Part shown: positions 1 to 13,252 of the stretch, piece after piece
How the letters are laid out: each line of letters opens with the position of its first letter
How positions within the stretch are numbered: the first letter of the stretch is position 1
Assembly (NCBI GenBank): GCA_951406725.2
Contig: OX597825.1
Span: forward strand, 55,490,001-55,554,000
Direction: 5' to 3'
DNA length: 64,000 nt
Source: Octopus vulgaris
Taxonomy: Eukaryota
The notes under the pieces: model-generated
Told to the model about the DNA's origin: nothing
Database searches by the model: none
What the model saw: the letters and a program-made list of their open reading frames with translations, nothing else
Program-made: the position numbers and the translations under genes

Positions 1-1050
1 ATCCTTAATTGGACACTAAATGAACTAACGAAAATACACAGGAAAACAAGAAAAATAATGACAGGATCTAGGATGCACCACCCAAAATCTCATAGAAAGG
101 CTATATATATAACGTATAGAACGTAGTAGAGGCCTTATACAGCTGGAAAACTATTACAAAATAACCACCATAGCACTGCAAAATACCTACTTCAGAAGCA
201 AGGAAAACTAATACAAATAGCTACAAAACACGAGCAAAACAAAAAACTGTTTTCAGTATTTAAGGAAGCTGACAAAAACAAACAAGAAGTTATACTACTG
301 AATAAATATGAAGAAGAAGAAAAAACAACAAAAGTTATAAAACAAATGAAATCTAAACTAAAACTAGAACAGCAACGGACCATGATAAAACGATGGCAAG
401 AAAAGCCCCTTCATGGCAAATACTGGGCTAAACTAAATGCAAAAGAAATAGACAGAGAAAAATCCCAGCAATGGTTGAGAAGCTCAGGACTCAAAGCAGA
501 GACTGAAGGATTTTTAATTGCAGCACAAGACCAAAGCCTCCCCACCAGAAATTACCAAAAACATTTTATGAAAAGAAACATAAGTAACTGCAGAATATGT
601 GGAGATGGACAAGAAACAATAAATCATATTATCTCTGGCTGCCCAGTCCTGGCTAAGAAGGAATATATACACAGGCACGACAGAGTTGGGACCTCCATAT
701 ACTGGAAGTTATGCCAACACTATGGAATAACAACAGAAAAAAGATGTTATAGGCACATTCCAGAAAAGATCACAGAAAACTAGAGAGTAACCACACTCTG
801 GGATATGCCAATACACACAGACAGAGAAATTAAGGCCAATAGGCCAGATATAGTTGTCAGAGATCATGAAGGAAAAAAATGCTTTCTAATTGATGTATCA
901 ACACCAGAAGATGACAACAATTCTCTAAAAGAAATGGAGAAACTTTCAAAATACAAAGACTTAGAAATAGAGGTGACTCGAATGTGAAATCTAAAAACAG
1001 AAACAATTCCTATCATAGTAGGTGCATTAGGTATGATAAAAAAATATTCA
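1..1050 (+). mobile_element. Decayed non-LTR retrotransposon, R4/Dong-like; post-RT region, CCHC knuckle and restriction-like endonuclease
   Basis: Translates to ILNW..EL..RKTRK..HHPK, then EGFLIAAQDQ, CRICG..ETINHIISGC, RHDRV, RPDIV..LIDV, K..KY and PIIVGALG. ORFs 346-783 and 805-987 share a frame, broken by TAG 781-783 and TGA 985-987. The element runs off the window start. Confidence 0.9.
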
Positions 1051-1200
1051 GTAGTTGGTGTTAGGAAGGGCATGCAGCTGTAAAAATCCTGCCACAGCAG
1101 TCACAGAAGTCTGGTGGAGGCTTCTGCCTGGCCAACTCCTGTCAAACCATCCCACCCACATCAGCATGGAAGGCAGACATTAAACAATGATGATGATGAT
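1051..1200 (+). mobile_element. RTE-LINE 3' UTR-derived short repeat with (GAT)n tail
   Basis: ttaggaagggcatgcagctgtaaaa...agcatggaaggcagacattaaacaatgatgatgat; same family as the tail attached to the RTE ORF end at 19568-20150. Confidence 0.75.
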
Positions 1201-2074
1201 ATACATATATATACATACATACATGCATGCATGCATACATAAATATATATGTATGTATATATATATATACATAAATACAAATATGAATATATATATATAT
1301 ATATATATATACTGTGTGATATGATTTTTGACAAGTACTATAATGCATGATCAGTTAAGAGAGTAAAGAAGCTTTGTGAAATGCAGCTATCCAGAGTTCC
1401 TTGGTGAAGTATGATTTTATTTTGCCATCCATCAAGCTGAGCCATCTAGAAACTAAATGTGGCTTCAATCATAGTTCCAAGCTTACAGGATCTCATCAGT
1501 ATTGTTGCTTGCTAGAGCAATGCATCTTTTCTCAGTTTACATATAAATCTAGCCAATATTCAGAATAAACCCTCTGGTGGTATGTAATTGGTGAATAGTA
1601 GGCAAGGAACATTACATGGACTCTTGAATGATTTAATTCTATAAAAGAAAGTATTTCTAGCTTTGTTTTAAAACAATTTGGAGGGAGTGGAGAAGTTTAA
1701 CGGTAGAGGAAACATGTTCAATTAACAATTGAGTTAAGCTTGTATGCTAACTCCAGCAGGATATAGCAGGATATAGCACTAAGATTGCATTCTAGAGCAA
1801 GGAGTAATATTAGCTTAGAGGTTCCAAAATACAGTATATTGAGAAAGCAGATAGATAGATCGATAGATAGATAGACTGACAGACAGACAGATAGGTAAGT
1901 CTGTATGTAGAAAGTGAAGAAGACAGACAATAAGTGAAAGCTTAAGAGAGAGAGAGAGAGGAATATCAGAAGAGAATGTGATATACATTGAGAAAGAGAG
2001 AGGGTGAGAGAGAAAGAGATTGAGAGAAATCAATTATATTAAACAAATGATTATTTCATCAATCTAATATAGTT

Positions 2075-2540
2075 TTGCATTTATATATGCACATATATGC
2101 CTATGCACTCATATGTACATATATATATATATATATATATATGCGTATGGGGAATATTCACATGCGTGTATGTGGAATACACGCCTGTATCTATTATTTT
2201 ATATATGTGTGTGTGTGTATGTATATATATATACATGCAGAGAAAGAAATGGACAGAGAGAAATAGCTGTATGTGTACACATATATATAATGTATACATA
2301 TATACTTATATATGTGTGTGTATATACATATATATATACATATATGTATGTATATATGCATATCTGTATATATATACACATATGTATACGTATATATATG
2401 TATTTGTATGTATATATATACATGTATATGTATACACATACATATATCTATATACATATACATATATATATATACATACGTATATCTATGTATATGTATA
2501 TATGTGAGTATGTGTGTGTATACATATATATATGTGTGTT

Positions 2541-2588
<48 letters not shown>

Positions 2589-2620
2589 GTATATATATAT
2601 ATATATGTATATATATCAAT
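2075..2620. repeat. Compound (TA)n/(TG)n/(CA)n microsatellite
   Basis: Directly visible; source of the YIYI/CVCV pseudo-ORFs. Confidence 0.95.
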
Positions 2621-3307
2621 GCACACTTTCAAGACAGAAGAAATATTACGGTCGTTTCTTGTAGTGATAGTTGTTGCTACAATTGTTGTTGTTGTTGTTA
2701 CTCTCTTTGCTATAGTATCTAGTTTTTCTTTACTCTACCTGATCCCACTCTATCCAACAACAACAATAACCAACGCTCTCCTTACACCAACCCTCACACA
2801 TGCCAACCTACCCAACAGCCTGCCTAGTGGCCAAAAAAAGGAAATTACCAACCACAAAAGACAAACATAAATGCCTATTCTACCATAAGCTTTAAACATG
2901 AATGAACCAAGAGGGAAAAATTTCTTAGCAAATAAAAATAATTATGATAATAATAATAATGATAATAATAATAATGATGATGTTGATGATGATTTGTATT
3001 ATTATTATTATTATTATTTTCTTCTGAGCAAAAAAAAAGGAATATCATATTCACAAACAGAGAAAAAGAAAAAGAAAGAAAAAAAAATTCATTAAAATTG
3101 AATTTGGATGAAAAAAAATATGTTTGATTGTGGCTGAAGATGTTAACAAGAAGCAGATGCTTTGAGGATTCAGGTTTCCTTGGAAGAATTTTACCATTTT
3201 AAATTATAGATATGATGTAATTCTATTATTATAATGATTAATGTTATTATCCATTGCTCTTGTGGCAAATAAAAGATGTAATAATGATGATGATGATGAT
3301 GAGGAGG

Positions 3308-3725
3308 ATTTCAAATTTTGGCACAAGGCCAGCAAGTTCAGGGGATGTAGTAAGCCAATTACATTGACCTCGGTGTTCAACTGGCACTTATTTTATTAAC
3401 CCCAAAAGGATGAAAGGTAAAAGTTGACCTTGGCGGGATTTGAACTCAGAATATAAAGACAGATGAAATGCTGCTAACCATTTTGCCTGGTGTGCTAACA
3501 ATCCTGCCAGCTCACTGTCAATGATTTTTGCACAAGGCCAGCAATTTTGGGGCAGGGGTAAGTCGATTACATCAACCCCAGTGCTCAGCTGGTACTTATT
3601 TTATAGACTCTAAAAGATGAAAAGCAAAGTTGACCTCAGCAGAATTTGATCTCTGAATGTAAAGACAGACAAAATGCCAGTAAGCATTTTACCTGGCATG
3701 CTAACGGTTCTGCCAGCTTGCCACC

Positions 3726-3790
<65 letters not shown>

Positions 3791-4206
3791 CCTTTCAACT
3801 ATAGGCACAAGGCCTGAAATTTGGGGGGAGGGGTTAAGTCAATTATATCGACCCCACTACTCAGCTAGTACTTAATTTATCGACCCCGAAAGGATGAAAG
3901 GCAAAGCTGACCTCAGTGGAATTTGAACTCAAAATGTAGTAACTGACAAAATATCGCTTAGCATCTCACCCACTGTGCTAATAATTCTGCCAACTTGCTG
4001 CCCTTCGACCAGAAGAAAATTCTAACTGGGCCCCACCTGCAAGGTCATGTGCTGTTTATCTTGATGTGAGATCACCATGTCGCGCACATGTGGTTGTGAT
4101 GCATGTGCCTGGTGTACTCTTATCAGACGGGTAGTCATGATGGGTATATTGGGCTTCGTATATTTTACCCCGTGTCACTTTGATGGCATGCACTGTTCTC
4201 TCACTC

Positions 4207-4255
<49 letters not shown>

Positions 4256-4432
4256 GTTTCCAATTTTGATACAAAGGCAGCAAGTTTGTTGGGATGGGAT
4301 ACATCGATACTCAGTGCTCAACTGATACTTATTTTATCAAACCGGAAAGCATGAAAGGCAGGCAACCATGACAGAATTTGAACTGAGAATATAAAGATGG
4401 ACGAAATGCTGCTCAGTATCTTGCCTGGGATA
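3308..4432 (-). mobile_element. Cluster of four copies of tRNA-derived SINE family 1 (about 3308-3520, 3525-3725, 3790-4000, 4255-4432)
   Basis: On the minus strand each reads gagctggcag..gttagca (A-box-like), gagttcaaat (B-box), then gcctttcatcctttcggggtcgataaa..agtacc and ..ccttgtgcc..aaatttgaaa; copies are separated by (AAT)n. Confidence 0.85.
4003..4252 (+). mobile_element. Unidentified retroelement 3' end with (AAT)n tail
   Basis: A non-repetitive, CpG-containing ~200-bp segment ends directly in (AAT)15 between two SINE copies. Confidence 0.4.
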
Positions 4433-4628
4433 CTCTTTTACTTGTTTCAGTCATTTGACTGCGGCCATGCTGGAGCACCGCTTTTAGTCGAGCAAATCAA
4501 CCCTGGGACTTATTATTTGTAAGCCTAGTGAGGAGAGTGTGTTTTAAGAGGAACCTTGGTGCTAGTATTACCAGCATGTTGAATAATCTTATAGAAACTT
4601 CCACAAGACTGCTGTCCTATCAGGTGAC

Positions 4629-4710
4629 CATATGGTACCCTATACATTGATGATATGGTACCCCATCAACTAATCATATGGTACCCCATCAACTAATCAT
4701 ATGGTATCCT
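4629..4710. repeat. 23-bp minisatellite, about 3.5 copies
   Basis: Unit atatggtaccccatcaactaatc starts at 4630, 4653, 4676 and 4699. Confidence 0.9.
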
Positions 4711-5811
4711 ACTGAACTGCTTCATTTATAGTTACTGGTAACGAAATTGCAAATTTAAAAATGACAATATAAAAATACCATTGACGATGGCTATTAGTTA
4801 CTTCCACATCTTTTATATTTACTTAGCTGCCATCGTATCTGTTAATCACAAGTTGAATCATATCTGTTGATCTCAAAACATTAACTACAAACTATAATTC
4901 TGCTGCCAATTCTCACAACAAATTCTTAGGTACACACTTCTCATTTTAAATGTGTAAGATTTACGTTTATTTGTTTTTTTTCTCTTTTATCAAATATTTA
5001 TATTTGTATTTATATTTCTCTGTCTTTCTGTTTCTTTCGCTATTTCTGTCAATCTCTAACTCACTGTCTCCAACTCTGCACAATAGCTCTCTACGGACTT
5101 TTTGAAACGTTATGCTATTAGTTAAGAATGAGCGTAAAGAAACCCACAAAAATAATAATAATTAACAAAACAAAAATAAAAAACATATTTGATATCAGAT
5201 AAAAGAGAAGAGGGTGAGTGAACAAACAAACAAGAGAAGGAGTAAGCAGAGAGAGAGAGAGAGAGAAATAATTTGTTCAGTTGGTACTTGCTAGAAGGAA
5301 TTGGGAGAGAAGGAATTGAAAGAGAGCAAAAAAGGAAAAAGAATGAAGAAAGCAAGCAAGAAGGAAAGATGCAATAAATTGAGGAAAGACAATAAGGATC
5401 TATAAAAAAAAAAAAGAGAAAATATATCAATGAAAATTTTTGAAAATGTTAAGGACATTCTCCATTTCAAGTTCTTCGGTTCTTGTTTTTTAAATACAGA
5501 GAATATCAGTGAAAAAAACAACTTGATACAAGAGATATAATGTGCAATGAGTTGGTCTTGAGGCAAATTTACAAAATATAGAAGTGCTGGTTCCAATTTC
5601 ATAGATAATATTTGCTTAAGTAGTTCCTCATACAGTTCTTTAAAGCTTCTCTGGATTTGGTTAACGGCAGTGTGTGTGTGAATGTGTGCGTATGTGTTTT
5701 GGTGGTGGTTCCTTAGTGTGTGCATGTGTTTCAATAGCTCAATGATATGTTTTGTCGTGTGTGTGTTTATGCATTGTACGTATGTGTCGGTGGCTCCTTG
5801 ATGTATGTATA

Positions 5812-7355
5812 CACCCAGAACCATGCTTAATAGCTTAGGAGTGAAATTTAGGATTTCTCGGTTTTCTATGAATTGATTTTGATAAACTTTTTCCCTGGTT
5901 TGTATACTATGGCAGCACCATTGTTATGTTTTCATTATTCTGTTTAATGTTCTTTCTTTTTTACTTCAGATTCTTCAGTTTTTGGGTGAACCACGCTAAT
6001 AGCATCCCTCCTCTCTAAGAACAATGGGACATGGAAAAGGCTTTAACTATGAAAAATAGTCTGCTGTCATCAAGGAAAGGCCTAAATGCACCTCTCTTCA
6101 TGTCATTGCAGAGAAGTTAGGTTGCCATGTGGAGATGGTTTGACAATTCCTGAAAGACCCTTCATCAAGGAAAAAACGATCTGATTGTGGGGCCTTCAAG
6201 ACTGTAACAACTAGTGATTTAAGGAATATTGGCTGCAAGTTACATGGGAAACCTGGACAAACAAGCAAAACCATTTTCACCACCTCCGGACTTCCTCATG
6301 TACTGAAAACCACTAGAAATCACATTGTTATGACCATGGCTTCCATGCAAGAATCCCTGAATCTACCTCCTTTAATACCCCATCACAGGAATTTGAGGCT
6401 TCAATGGACCCAAAAGTACATGACATTAGACATGAGTTGTGCTCTGTTCACTGACAAAACCAGGGCAACCCTTAACAATTGGACAAATGGTTGGTTATAT
6501 TTTGGAGATGAGCATCAACAATGTTTACCATGTCAACAACAGGGTGGAGGAGTCATGTTGTAGGCTGGTATTATTGAGGACAGACTTGTTGGCCCAGTCA
6601 GGGTGCCTGAAGGTGTTAAAGTGACCGCAGCCAACTACTGCAATCTCCTGAAGGAGATCTTGGATCTCTGGCTAGATGACATACCACTGTCACTTCTAAG
6701 GAATCTCATATTCATGCATGACAATGCTCCCTCCCACTCTCCTAGGACCACCCAAACATTACTAGGGTCTTATGGCATACAAGGGGAAAGGCTGATGGTG
6801 TGGGTGCCAGCGTCTCCATATCTCAAACCTAGCGTAAATATTTGGCCCATCATTAAAGAAGATGTTTATGCCAATGGACGCCAATTTACATCAAAAGATC
6901 TCTTATGGGTGACCATCAAAGCTGCAGCAGAAGTAGTCCAACCTGCTACAATTAACAAATTGACAGATCCATGACTAATAAAGTTTTTGAAATTATCTAT
7001 TGAAATGGCACACATGTAGTTAAATAATTCATTATGTCAATAAATATTATAATATTATTATGGTTTTCTGTTAAATCTATTCTCAATGTTTGCTTAATAT
7101 GTATAATTACCTTTAATTTTCTGAAAAAAAAAATGTCTAGATGGACTATTTTCATTCAAAAGCTATTAGCATGGTTCACCCAAAAACTGAAAAATCTGAA
7201 ATAAAAAAGAAAGGACATTACACAGAATAATGGAAACATAACAATGATGTTGCCATAGTGTATGAACCAGCTGGGGAAAGTTTTATCAAAATCAATTCAC
7301 AGAAAACTGAGAAATCCTAAATTTCACTCTTAAGCTATTAGCATGGTTCTGGGTT
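5812..7355 (+). mobile_element. Full-length decayed Tc1-family DNA transposon (DD37E/TRT-like) with ~192-bp IR/DR-type TIRs and TA target duplication
   Basis: TIRs at 5812-6003 and 7162-7355, with TA on both sides (5810-11, 7356-57). The motif aaccatgctaatagc occurs at both ends of each TIR. Confidence 0.92.
6024..7026 (+). pseudogene. Tc1-like transposase pseudogene (DD37E spacing)
   Basis: LFTDKTRATL, QQGGGVML*AGI, FMHDNAPSH and WVPASPYLKPSVNIW (decayed WPPxSPDLNPIENIW); 37 residues between the second D and the E position (now GTA, Val); several stops. Confidence 0.88.
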
Positions 7356-7369
7356 TATGTTCGTGACTC

Positions 7370-8110
7370 ATTTAAGTGTGTATAAGAAGCTCATTGATGT
7401 ATTCTGGTGTGTATATGTATGTGTTTTCTGGTGTGTATGTGTGCTATGATGTGTGTGTGTATGTGTGTTAGTGTGTCATTAATGTATTCTGGGTGGTGGG
7501 TCATTAATATGTTCTGGTGTGTGTTAGTGGCATCTTAATGTGTTCTGGTCTGTATATGTTTGTAAATCATTAGTGTGTGCATGTGTGTGTGTGTGTGTGT
7601 GAGTTGCTGTATATATTGACATGTATTGGTGTGTTTTTGTGTATGTTTTGGTATACGTTTGTGGTCATTGGTCTGTGACATTATTTCCTTGTGCATACTG
7701 ACATGCTTTTCAGTGTTGGGTATTCTGTTTATGTTTGTAGGTGTTGGTGTGTCACTGATGTCTTTATTAGTGTGTACCAGTATTTACCAATGTGTGATTG
7801 GTATGTTAGTGTCTGCTGATGTATATTAGTGTGTATTTGTGTGTTATTGGTGTGTACTGGTGTGTTAGTGGTATGTTATTGGTGCTTACTGGCATAAACA
7901 AATGCATTGGCATATTGCAAGTGCATTAGTGCCCACTAGTATCTATTGTATGCCCGTTGGTGTATGTACCAATGTATATTGGTACCTGGTGTTTGCCATG
8001 CTGGTGTGTTGTTGGTGATGCTTGAGTACTAGTGTCTATTGGTATGTGTTAGCATCTACTAGTTTCTGCATGTGGTCGTTGGCAGCTATTGGCTAGTTGG
8101 TCAATGTATC
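7370..8110. repeat. Degenerate TG-rich satellite-like tract (tattggtgtgt-type); similar sequence at 5670-5810, 9570-9840 and 11380-11520
   Basis: Strong T/G strand skew and recurring tggtgt/ttagtgt/attggt motifs. Confidence 0.65.
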
Positions 8111-8182
8111 ATTCATACAAATACTGCTGAGATGATTCTAAAACATAACACCTAATAACTTAACACTATATCTTCTTTCTAT

Positions 8183-8264
8183 GCCTCTGATGAGATTTTG
8201 CCTAATATAATGATTTAATAATTGCTATTTTAATCTTTAGGCTTAATTGAAACAGCTGTAAGAG
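8183..8264 (+). ncRNA. Type-I hammerhead-ribozyme motif, PLE type, long helix II
   Basis: CTGATGA 8187-93; helix II gatt..gcctaa / ttaggc..aatt; GAAA 8249-52; palindromic helix III ACAGCTGT; GUA cleavage triplet; helix I is weak. Confidence 0.6.
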
Positions 8265-9146
8265 ATTATGTTGGATTTTTGCAGATAATAAATTTTTATT
8301 AAATCCTATATCCCTGTTTTCTTAATTTTCATTATAATTTTGTTATATGAATTCATGAGAATCAAGGCATATCAACTTGTAGGATGCCAGAAATGGCTAG
8401 GTACAATAACATACAGCTCACATTGAAATAAACAACATTGAATAGATCAAGTGTTGGGAGGTTACCATAGATATGCAAGTACCAAATTCAACTCAAATCA
8501 TAGATCTGACTCAAGGGTGGGTCCTTGGTGTGGTGTAGGTACAAAGAGTAAATGAAAATGGCATTTAAAATTTGTGATAGATGTTTCTGTAGAATTTTAT
8601 TTATTTAAATGTTGACTATACCTAGGTCAATGTTCAAAACCTTACCTGTTTACAATTTTACCTGATATTGGGGGGTTACATATTATAATGCATGTAATCG
8701 TTTATGACTGCATTAGATGAATAAAATTCTATTGAAACAGTCACTGTAGATTTTAAATACCATTTGTGTTTACCTTTTATATATATGGTTTTTCCCAGTC
8801 AAGGGTGGCTGTAGGGGATGAGGTTCCCTGGTCAGTCAGCATGGAGGACACTCACAGGAAGGCATAGAGGATGAGAGGAAAGAAGGACTGTGTGCAGGAT
8901 GGGAGAGGCAGCTGAAAGAGCTTCTTGTTAGCTTTAGAGCAAGAAAGAGGAGTTAAGCTGAAAGCCAGGAAGGGGTGAGGAGTAGTGATTTGGCCATGTC
9001 TACTGACCCACCTATAGGAAGGTGTTACGGTTCAGGGTCAAAAAACCCAATGAATGTTAGATACCATCTGATGACATTGGTTCTTCCTGGCCAAACTTCC
9101 ATTCACTTTGGTGAGTAGAAAAAGCACCTCCTTATAGCTGTTATTA

Positions 9147-9190
<44 letters not shown>

Positions 9191-9199
9191 CACAAGACG

Positions 9200-9248
<49 letters not shown>

Positions 9249-9251
<3 letters not shown>

Positions 9252-9326
9252 ATCCAAACATGAAAACACCAAGAGAAAACACAACAACGCGAGGATGTGG
9301 AACAAATATAGTATTATTGGACGCTC
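9249..9326 (-). mobile_element. Fragment of PLE pseudo-LTR family A
   Basis: ttaatccaaacatgaaaac..aacgcgaggatgtggaacaaatatagtattattggacgctca, shared with copies at 15634, 32434 and 54352; abuts (TA)n. Confidence 0.7.
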
Positions 9327-9327
9327 A

Positions 9328-9535
9328 TCTTCTCTACCCACTATTCCTGGAGATAGAGATAGAGTTCCTTGGAATTTCCTCCATAGGGTCTCATCAGAAG
9401 CAATTGTCATTAGACTTTTTAGATGGAATCTGAAACAATATCCAGCCATCTCATCCTTGGTCTACCCATTAAGTCTCCTTCAGTTGGCTCAGCTTGAAGA
9501 AGCTGTCTTGTGATTCTTTCCTGCAACCTTTTAAC
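9328..9535 (-). mobile_element. RTE LINE C-terminal fragment
   Basis: Minus strand translates to RITRQLLQAEP..MGRPRMRWLDIVSD, the GRPRxRW motif of RTE ORF ends. Confidence 0.65.
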
Positions 9536-9920
9536 CACTTGTTTGTAGCTCCATATATGTATATGTACAGATATCTACTAGTATGATGTTGTTGGTGTTC
9601 ATTAATATTTCCTGCGATATTTGTCATGTATCTTTGCAATGTTCTGGTGTGTTACTACAATGTGCTGGTGTATTGTTGATGTGTTGGTGATGTATGTACC
9701 AATATCTGATTGTACATGTCAGCATCTACAAGTATTGGTATGTCTGTCAGTCTATATATCAATATCCACTGGTATGTTGCTGGTGAGTTCCGGTGTGTCT
9801 GTTGGAGTGTGTTGGCATCTTTTTGTGTACCAGTTATGTACATACATACACACATACCCACTTAAATGTGGATGTTCTGTCAGAACAAACTATACTCTTA
9901 CCATATGAGAAACTCTCATA

Positions 9921-10336
9921 GGCGCAGGAGTGGATGTGTGATAAGTAGCTTGTTTACCAACCACATGGTTCCAGGTTCAGTCCCACTGTGTGGCACCTTG
10001 GGCAAGTGTCTTCTACTATAGCCTCGGGCCGACCAAAGCCTTGTGAGTGGATTTGGTAGATGGAAACTGAAAGAAGCCCATTGTATAAATGTATATGTAT
10101 ATATATATGTGTGTGTGTTTGTATGTCTGTGTTTGTCCCCCCCCCCCCCCCAACATTGCCTGACAACCGATGCTGGTGTGTTTATGCCCTGTACCTTAGC
10201 GGTTCGGCAAAAGAGACTGAGAGAATAAGTACTAGGCTTACAAAGAATAAGTCCTGGGGGTCGATTTGCTTGACTAAAGGTGGTGCTCCAGTATGGCCGC
10301 AGTCAAATGACTGAAACAAGTAAAAAGAGTAAAGAG
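9921..10336 (+). mobile_element. Full-length tRNA-derived CORE-type SINE (family 2, OR2-like) with internal microsatellite
   Basis: Head ggcgcaggagtggatgtgtgataag..ggttcagtccc; CORE-like gtggcaccttgggcaagtgtctt; tail ..ggccgcagtcaaatgactgaaacaagtaaaa. Confidence 0.85.
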
Positions 10337-10337
10337 T

Positions 10338-10411
10338 ATATTGGCTTTTGGTGCACAATGCACTCTGCTAGCAATATAAATAAGAGTGCATTTTGCACCA
10401 AAAGCCAATAT
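10338..10411. mobile_element. 74-bp palindromic miniature element / hairpin
   Basis: 29-bp arms atattggcttttggtgcacaatgcactct / agagtgcattttgcaccaaaagccaatat with one mismatch and a 16-nt loop. Confidence 0.75.
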
Positions 10412-10820
10412 GAGGGTTTCTTTCATGGTAACTACTGCAGTACATTTTTTTCTAACAGAACATTCATGTTTAAGTAGGGATAAATATTACATCTTGGTAT
10501 TAAAACTGTCTCTGTCACTAATATACATTAATAAATAAACAAATGAATAAATAAGTATATGTATATATACATGCATACATACATACACACATATATGCAT
10601 CTTCATCATCCTCATTTTTTAATATCTGATTTCCATGCTGGCAAGCCAGAGGACAGCAACAGTCTTTAGTGTCAGATTCTGCATGATTCCTGTGATTAGA
10701 TGCCCCTCCTAAATCCAACAACAGAATGTATTGGATGCTATTTAGATAAATATATATATATATATGATAATGCAAACGGGCTGAAGTTCACTACAGCTGT
10801 TTCAGACACATTTTTCTTTT

Positions 10821-11186
10821 ACTCTTTTCACTCTTTTACTCGTTTCAGTCGTTTGACAGTGGCCATGCTGGAGCACCGCCTTTCGTCGAGCAAACTGACA
10901 CCAGGACTTATTCTTTGTAAGCCTAGTACTTATTCTATCAGTTGCTTTTGCCGAACTGCTAAGTTACGGGGATGTAAACACACCAGCATCGGTTGTCGAA
11001 TGATGTTGAGGGGCCAAACACAGACACACAAACATATACACACATGCATATATATATTTATATATATGTATATATATATATATATACATATATATGACGG
11101 ACTTCTTTCAGTTTCCATGAATGAAATCCACTCACAAGGCTCTGGTCGGCCTGAGGCTATAGTAGAAGACACTTGCCCAAGGTGCC
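10821..11186 (-). mobile_element. CORE-type SINE family 2, inverted relative to 9921-10336
   Basis: Reverse complement of the family-2 tail and CORE segment. Confidence 0.85.
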
Positions 11187-11311
11187 AATCAATTATATCA
11201 TGTAAAAGAAAGAAACATTTTCTTCAGGTGCCCAAAATTTGGCATTTAGGATTATCAACGCAAACATTTTTAAAAAAATGTATTTTGACTCCCTCATCTT
11301 AGTGCTAGTTG

Positions 11312-11344
<33 letters not shown>

Positions 11345-11547
11345 CATATGCACACACATGTATATATGTATATATCTATATATGTATTAGTACAAGGTCT
11401 TCAGTGCCTATTACAATGTACTACAAAATTCTTTATAGATGACTAGTGTGTTCTATCATACATACTAAATTCTACTGGTGTCTTCTGGACTCTGTTGGAC
11501 CATCTTGGTGTTTTGGCAGCAGCAGCAGCAGTAGCTGTTGCAGTAGC

Positions 11548-11603
<56 letters not shown>

Positions 11604-11819
11604 AGGGGAATCATAGAATAACATTGATCAGTTTTAGATAGTATTTTTAGTAGTTTTTTTATTAAGTGATTTTTTTTTTATTCCACCAATAATTTTTTTG
11701 TTTGATTATTTGTGTTACTTTTTAGTTTCTTCCTTTTGTTTTGTTTATTCTCAGGAAAGACATTATCATATTCTATGAAAGACAAATATTTCACCTAAAG
11801 GGGCAGCAATACAATGATA

Positions 11820-11917
11820 CTCACATACATATGTGTATGCGTCTACACATGTGTATTTGTGTGTACAGATATATGTGTGTTTGTATGTAAATATATATTT
11901 AAATACATATGTGTGTT

Positions 11918-11954
<37 letters not shown>

Positions 11955-12111
11955 TTATGTATATACATATGTGTCTGTGTATATGTATACATGGATATAT
12001 ATTTATACACACAAACACACATATATACATATATATGCGTGTATGTATAAATGCGTGTGTGTGTGTGTATGTATATATATATATGTATATATGTGTGTGT
12101 GTATCTAAATG

Positions 12112-12162
<51 letters not shown>

Positions 12163-12316
12163 ATATATATATATATGTACATATATATATATATGTATAT
12201 ATATACATATGTATGCATGTATGTACATGTATATGTATATATCTATAGCTATATATATATATGTGTGTGTGTGTATACATATGTGTATATTATATATGTA
12301 TAAATGTGTTTATATA

Positions 12317-12352
<36 letters not shown>

Positions 12353-12424
12353 ATGTTCATATATATTTGTGTATATATATGTGTGTATGTGTATATGTAT
12401 ATATGTAATAAATATGCATATATT

Positions 12425-12467
<43 letters not shown>

Positions 12468-12730
12468 TGATGATGATATATATTTATATATATATATGTA
12501 GCAGATATACATATATTTACATATATGTATATGTAAATGTAGATATATATATATATATACTACATACATGCATACACACATGTATGTGTGCAAGTATGTA
12601 CAAACAATCTTTGATCAGAAAGAAAAAGTGAAAAGCAGCTATGTATATGAAAGAGTACATACACCCATACATGCATGCATATATGTGTGCACATACGCAT
12701 GTGTATATATACTTGAACACACGCACACAC
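11820..12730. repeat. Compound (TA)n/(TG)n microsatellite
   Basis: Directly visible. Confidence 0.95.
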
Positions 12731-13220
12731 ACACTTGTACATCGCTATTTTCTTTTCTATATCAACAAAGGTGGTTTGTTTGTATTTGGAGTGTTGCAGA
12801 GTGATGCTGCGTGGTGTGGTGCGTGGATGGAATGGCGCGATGGTAGGGAGAGGGCAAGTCACAGGAGGATTCGTATTTCTCAAATAAATATGATTCAGTT
12901 ATATTAACGAATCTCGATATTTCTACAGAAGAAGCTATTTGATATGTGATTCACCCTCCCTTGCACCACCACCACCACCACCACCGCCACTGCATGCACC
13001 CCCACCATCCTCATACGGTTGACTGTACTCCCACCCACCCCCACATGCACATATATCATGCCTCCCTTGCCATCTCCACTGATACTGATTTCAAATAGGA
13101 AGGAATGAAGAACAAGTTAAAAAATATATATCAGCGAAAAATACATGATTTTCACCAATAAATATACATATATATGTGTTTGTGTGTATAGATAGATAGA
13201 TAGATAGAGAGATACATACA

Positions 13221-13252
<32 letters not shown>

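Noticed and set aside
4629-4710. CRISPR-like short repeats
   Set aside because: Head-to-tail 23-bp units with no unique spacers and no cas genes, in a eukaryotic context.
5291-5824. 177-aa minus-strand ORF with a plausible-looking middle (QRSFKELYEELLKQI)
   Set aside because: Both ends lie in low-complexity sequence or a TIR; no recognisable domain or convincing splice context.
8795-9120. GC-richer purine-biased island
   Set aside because: No motif, ORF or repeat family could be assigned.
10700-11302. 200-aa ORF
   Set aside because: Runs through an RTE tail, a pLTR fragment, an antisense SINE and a microsatellite; a composite artefact.
11730-11825. Polypyrimidine tract plus AG as a possible exon acceptor
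   Set aside because: No clear donor or sustained reading frame; cannot be supported without transcripts.
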